Assembly: GCA_964016885.1 (NCBI GenBank)
Contig: OZ024754.1
Location: forward strand, 496,001 to 560,000
From: Eledone cirrhosa
Lineage: Eukaryota
Length of the DNA stretch: 64,000 bases
Direction: 5' to 3'
The stretch's first letter is position 1, and every line of letters begins with the position of its first letter. The position numbers and the translations under genes were made by a program. Below the pieces are notes generated by a model. That model had not been told where the DNA came from, ran no database searches, and saw only the letters and a program-made list of their open reading frames with translations. This document shows positions 57,931 through 64,000 of this stretch, in pieces.

Positions 57931-58185
57931 ATATAAGATCAAAAGATGGTTAAAAGAGTTCCAAGTATTTTATTATGTGCATTTCAAAAACATATCATCA
58001 TGAAGTTTTAAATCAACATATATTGATATGTTGATTTAAAACTTCACTATTCACAAGTGTTTTTTAACCTTCATATCATGTCTCCCTATTTTATCTGATG
58101 AGAACGCAGATATCATCCCATGATGATATGTTTTTGAAATGCACATAATAAAATACTTGGAACTCTTTTAACCATCTTTTGATCT

Positions 58186-58190
<5 letters not shown>
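57931..58190 (+). mobile_element. Family H4 element: 72-bp inverted arms, internal 21-bp hairpin, intact hammerhead at 58087-58155
   Basis: tattttat-CTGATGA-(long stem II)-GAAA-tgcaca-TA-ataaaata, with an 8-bp stem I. Confidence 0.8.
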
Positions 58191-58228
<38 letters not shown>

Positions 58229-58325
58229 CACATTCTGACTGCTCCTTATTACCCACTCTACTACCCATAATAGCGAGTACTCTGGTGCGTTATGGTCCAC
58301 CTGGTTCCTTACCACAACTCCTTCG

Positions 58326-58386
<61 letters not shown>

Positions 58387-58473
58387 TATGTGCAGTTATG
58401 TGAGTATATATAAAAGTGCCTACGTATGCGTAAAAAATATTTGTAAGATGCCTGAGACATTGTAACACATCGT

Positions 58474-59083
58474 ATGTGTGTGTGTGTGTGTGTGTATTTG
58501 TCAATGAGTGTGTGTGTGTATTTGTCAATGAGTGTGTGTTTGTCATTGAGTGTGTATGTGTGTATTTGTCAATGAGTGTATGTGTGTGTTTGTCAATGAG
58601 TGTGTGTGTGTGTGTTTGTCAATGAGTGTGTGTGTGTGTGTGTGTGTGTGTGTATTTGTCAATGTGTGTGTGTATTTGTCAATGTGTGTGTGTGTGTGTG
58701 TGTATTTGTCAATGTGTGCGTGTGTATTTGTCAATGTGTGTGTGTGTGTGTGTGTATTTGTCAATGTGTGTGTGTGTGTGTGTGTGTGTATTTGTCAATG
58801 TGTGCGTGTGTATTTGTCAATGAGTGTGTGTGTGTGTGTGTATTTGTCAATGTGTGCGTGTGTATTTGTCAATGTGTGTGTGTGTGTGTGTGTGTGTATT
58901 TGTCAATGTGTGTGTGTGTGTGTGTGTGTATTTGTCAATGTGTGCGTGTGTATTTGTCAATGAGTGTGTGTGTGTGTGTGTGTGTGTGTATTTGTCAATG
59001 TGTGCGTGTGTATTTGTCAATGAGTGTGTGTGTGTGTGTGTGTGTGTATTTGTCAATGTGTGCGTGTGTATTTGTCAATGAGT
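58474..59083. repeat. Minisatellite tatttgtcaatg(tg)n
   Basis: Directly visible. Confidence 0.95.
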
Positions 59084-59176
59084 TTGAACAACGTGTTGGC
59101 AATTGTGTTGTAGGACGATGTGTTTATTATGTGTCATCAGTCGTGTATATACATATAGATATATATATATATATAT

Positions 59177-59300
59177 AATCATCAGGGCTTTCCTGATGAT
59201 TTCCTTCGAATGAAACAGTTCTAGTCCTGTAGAAGCTATTTCTATATTAAATATTTATACTCTGCTATGTATTGAGTACCTTATTGTGGTTACCCGGGAT
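59177..59300 (+). ncRNA. Family H1 element with an intact hammerhead core
   Basis: gctttc-CTGATGA-tttccttcgaat-GAAAC-ag..ct-GTA-gaagc; short inverted aatcatcagg upstream. Confidence 0.8.
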
Positions 59301-59379
<79 letters not shown>

Positions 59380-59478
59380 CATACAGAGGTCTTTCAGTGA
59401 CTAGATGATTATGTGCGTTATATTTCGTACGTGCGTGTTTTCGCGCATGTCGATAATACATATTTGTTCTTGCATCGT

Positions 59479-59530
<52 letters not shown>

Positions 59531-59570
59531 TAATTCAAAATATTAACAAAATAGATATTCTTGTGATCAA

Positions 59571-59638
59571 TATTTTATTATACATATTTCAGAGGTACTG
59601 AGTTAACTTCAACAGTACGTCCCTCATCAGATAAAATA
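59571..59638 (-). ncRNA. Family H4 hammerhead, intact
   Basis: Minus strand tattttat-CTGATGA-gggac-gtactg..cagtac-ctct-GAAA-tatgta-TA-ataaaata. Confidence 0.8.
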
Positions 59639-59699
59639 AGATGATGCATGACATACCCTGACATAGTAGATGGTTAAGATTCAGTCATGGTACTTTTAA

Positions 59700-59730
<31 letters not shown>

Positions 59731-59907
59731 ATATATATATATATATAATGACATTTAAATATAAATATATATATATATAATGACTTTTAAATATATATAT
59801 ATATATATATAATATATATATATATAATGACACTTGTCTAATGATCCTGTGAGTACAGGTGAAACTCTAGATTAAGATTCGTTACTTAACCATAAGAATA
59901 TATATAT

Positions 59908-60105
59908 ATGGCCGTGTAGGTAACACGGTAAAAACCTCCCAGTACACACTGCAAACGTGGTTGGTGTTGGGAAGGGCACCCAGCCGTAGAAAACCCGCCA
60001 GACAGTCCTATACGAGCAGGACAACCAATCTTGCTTCAAGTGGGAAAACTCCCGTCCAAACCCATACAAGCGTGGAAGATGGACGTTAAACGATGATGAT
60101 GATGA
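59908..60105 (+). mobile_element. RTE family A 3' module, 5'-truncated
   Basis: Matches 19310-19513 and starts in (TA)n. Confidence 0.85.
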
Positions 60106-60161
60106 TATATAGTATTTCTCCAGGTTCCAATTCAAACACACACACGTGTGACTGTATATCG

Positions 60162-60200
<39 letters not shown>

Positions 60201-60269
60201 ATCAGTTATAAATATAACTGATTCAGGTATATTATCCTTGGTTATGTCAAATATTTATAAAACATTTTG

Positions 60270-60331
60270 TATTTTATCTGATGATAGCATACCAACATTT
60301 TTGGTACTCTTGAAATATATATAATAGAATA
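60270..60331 (+). ncRNA. Family H4 hammerhead, intact
   Basis: tattttat-CTGATGA-tagca-taccaa..ttggta-ctctt-GAAA-tatata-TA-atagaata. Confidence 0.75.
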
Positions 60332-60369
60332 AATATGGTTTTATAAATATAGTTTCCATTTATTTAATA

Positions 60370-60413
<44 letters not shown>

Positions 60414-60632
60414 TGATAGATTTTGAAATAGAATGTGTTTGCATGTGACATTGTATGTGTATATATGTGTACGTATGATATGTATATGTGTTTATATGTA
60501 GCTTTGTGTATTTGTAACTGTTTAGCCCTTGGTCAACTCTAATCGAGACCAAAGGCATTCCAGGCTGTGACCATCCTGTTTAGAAATATAGGAAGACATC
60601 TCAGCAAAAATCTAGCATATGACTACGGTATG

Positions 60633-60681
<49 letters not shown>

Positions 60682-61362
60682 ATGTCATTATCGTTTAACG
60701 TCCACTGATCGTGTTATATATATCTATAAGTATATATATATATATATATAAGTATAACAATATATATATGTATATATATATGTATACCTCTATACCAGTG
60801 CGTATATATGTATTATGCGTGTGTGTGTGTGAATGTCTATTTCAATATACATATTAATTAGTGTATGTTTATATATGTGTATATATGTCTGTGTCAGTAT
60901 ACGTATTAGTGAGTCTATCAGAATATATATATGTATGTATACCTATGTATGGCCATTAACATATATGTATGTATGGTTATGTGACTATATATCTGTATGT
61001 CTGACCTCTCCTTTCTACACCATGCCCCCTCCCCCTCTCTCCATCTATTTATTAATTTCTCCGTCTTTTCACTCTCTCTCATTCACTCATTCTTTTTAGT
61101 CTTTCTAATTCACGCTGTCTTTTTTTTTTTTTAGTCTTTCTATCCATTATTGTTGTTTAATCCTAACTTAGCTCTCATAAAGCAAATCTCAGCAAAGACG
61201 TTCCAGTTGTGACCCTACCACCTATATATATATAAGACTCTAAATGCATCCACCACATTTTTTAAAGATGGCAAAGATGATAGAATAAATATTTGGCAGT
61301 TATTACTAGCAGATCGAGCGACTACATAAAAGATATCCAATTGCCTTCTCTCTCTCTCTCTA

Positions 61363-61429
<67 letters not shown>

Positions 61430-61653
61430 TGTGTGTGTGTACTTTTATTGGTCTCGGTCATTAGAGCGAGGCAATACTGGGGCAGCATCTTTCTCGCACT
61501 CTCATCCAATTTGCTCCGATCAAGCAGGGCGACAACAGAACACATTGAGATACAAGGGAAATATTCCATGGACATGAGAGAGAAGGGCGCGTATGGTAGA
61601 AAAATAGAGGCAGAGAATTTATCTAATTCTAAACACATACTCGAATTAATATC

Positions 61654-61788
<135 letters not shown>

Positions 61789-62027
61789 TATATATATATA
61801 TATAGCGAGAGTCAACAGAGAGAGGGACGGTGCTCTGTATGTGAAAATAGAGATAATTTATTATGAATCATATACTACTATATATATATATATATATATG
61901 TCAATGATATGAAATTATATATATATATGCATTAGTGTATTTATATATATATATATATATATATATAATACACTAATGCATATATATATATATAATTTCA
62001 TATCATTGACATTTTTCTAATGTTGAA

Positions 62028-63080
62028 TATATATATATATATACACACACTTATAATATATATATATATATACACACACTTATAATATATATATATATAT
62101 ACACACACTTATAATATATATATATATATACACACACTTATAATATATATATATATATACACACACTTATAATATATATATATATATACACACTTATAAT
62201 ATATATATATATATACACACACTTATAATATATTATATAATATATACACACACTTATAATATATATATATATATACACACTTATAATATATATATATATA
62301 TACACACTTATAATATATATATATAATACACACTTATAATATATATATATATACACACTTATTATAATATATATATATATATAATATATATAATATAATA
62401 TATATATATAATATAATATATATATATAATATAATATATAATATATATATAATATATATATATATATAATATAATATATATATATAATATATATATATAA
62501 TATAATATACTATATATAATATAATATATATATATATATAATATATATATATAATATAATATATATATATAATATAATATATAATATAATATATATATAT
62601 ATAATATATATATATTAATATATATATATATAATAATATATATATATATAATATATATATATATATAATATATATATAATATATATATAATATATATATA
62701 TAATATATATATATATAATATATATATATATAATATATATATATATATAATATATATATATATATAATATATATATATATATAATATATATATATATATA
62801 ATATATATATATATATAATATATATATATATATATAATATATATATATATATAATAATATATATATATATAATATATATATATATATAATATATATATAT
62901 ATATAATATATATAATATATATATATATATAATATATATATATATATAATATATATATAATATATATAATATATATAAATATATATAATATATATAATAT
63001 ATATATATATATAATATATATATATATATAATATATATATATAATATATAATATATAATATATAATATATATATATATAT

Positions 63081-63137
<57 letters not shown>

Positions 63138-63138
63138 C

Positions 63139-63223
<85 letters not shown>

Positions 63224-63236
63224 TAATATATAATAT

Positions 63237-63279
<43 letters not shown>

Positions 63280-63386
63280 TATATATAATATATATATATA
63301 AATATATATATATATAATATATATATATATAATATATATATAATATAATATATATATAATATATATATATAATATATATATAATAT

Positions 63387-63431
<45 letters not shown>

Positions 63432-63433
63432 TC

Positions 63434-63464
<31 letters not shown>

Positions 63465-63466
63465 AT

Positions 63467-63527
<61 letters not shown>

Positions 63528-64000
63528 ATATATATATATATATAATATATATATATATAATATAATATATATATAATATATATATATATAATATATATAT
63601 ATATAATATATATATAATATATATATATATATAATATATATATATATAATATATATATATAATATTATATATATAATATATATATATATAATATATATAT
63701 ATATAATATATATATATATAATATATATATAATATATATATATTATAATATATATATATATAATATATATATATATAATATATATATATATAATATATAT
63801 ATATATAATATATATATATATAATATATATATATATAATATATATATAATATAATATATATATAATATAATATATATATATATAATATATATATATAATA
63901 TATATATATATAATATATATATATATAATATATATATAATTATATATATATAATATATATATATATAATATATATATATATAATATATATATAATATATA
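62028..64000. repeat. cacacttataa(ta)n minisatellite grading into a ~1.6-kb almost pure A/T array
   Basis: Directly visible. Confidence 0.95.

Overview
This is AT-rich eukaryotic, non-genic (intronic or intergenic) DNA. Its SINE and LINE families resemble those of octopodid cephalopods; that assignment is inferred from memory of those repeats, not from a search. No host protein-coding gene is supported, and nearly all long ORFs in the track are microsatellite artefacts. Real coding sequence is limited to RTE-clade non-LTR retrotransposons: a 5'-truncated copy (16827-18716, +), a near-complete copy with a single frameshift (53696-56729, -), and decayed copies. The RTE ORFs carry a PHD-type zinc finger inserted in the RT region. 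The rest is tRNA-derived SINEs, piggyBac/mariner/hAT MITEs, minisatellites and multi-kb (TA/CA)n arrays. The main unexplained signal is about 17 short elements in or beside (TA)n tracts that carry complete, degenerate or half type I hammerhead ribozymes from about 9 sequence families. Many of these sit in fold-back palindromes, have palindromic stem III, and share a recurrent U-U apposition at the base of stem II. They are probably Penelope-like or retrozyme-type elements. A second notable item is a circularly permuted 5S rRNA retrocopy (29743-29870).
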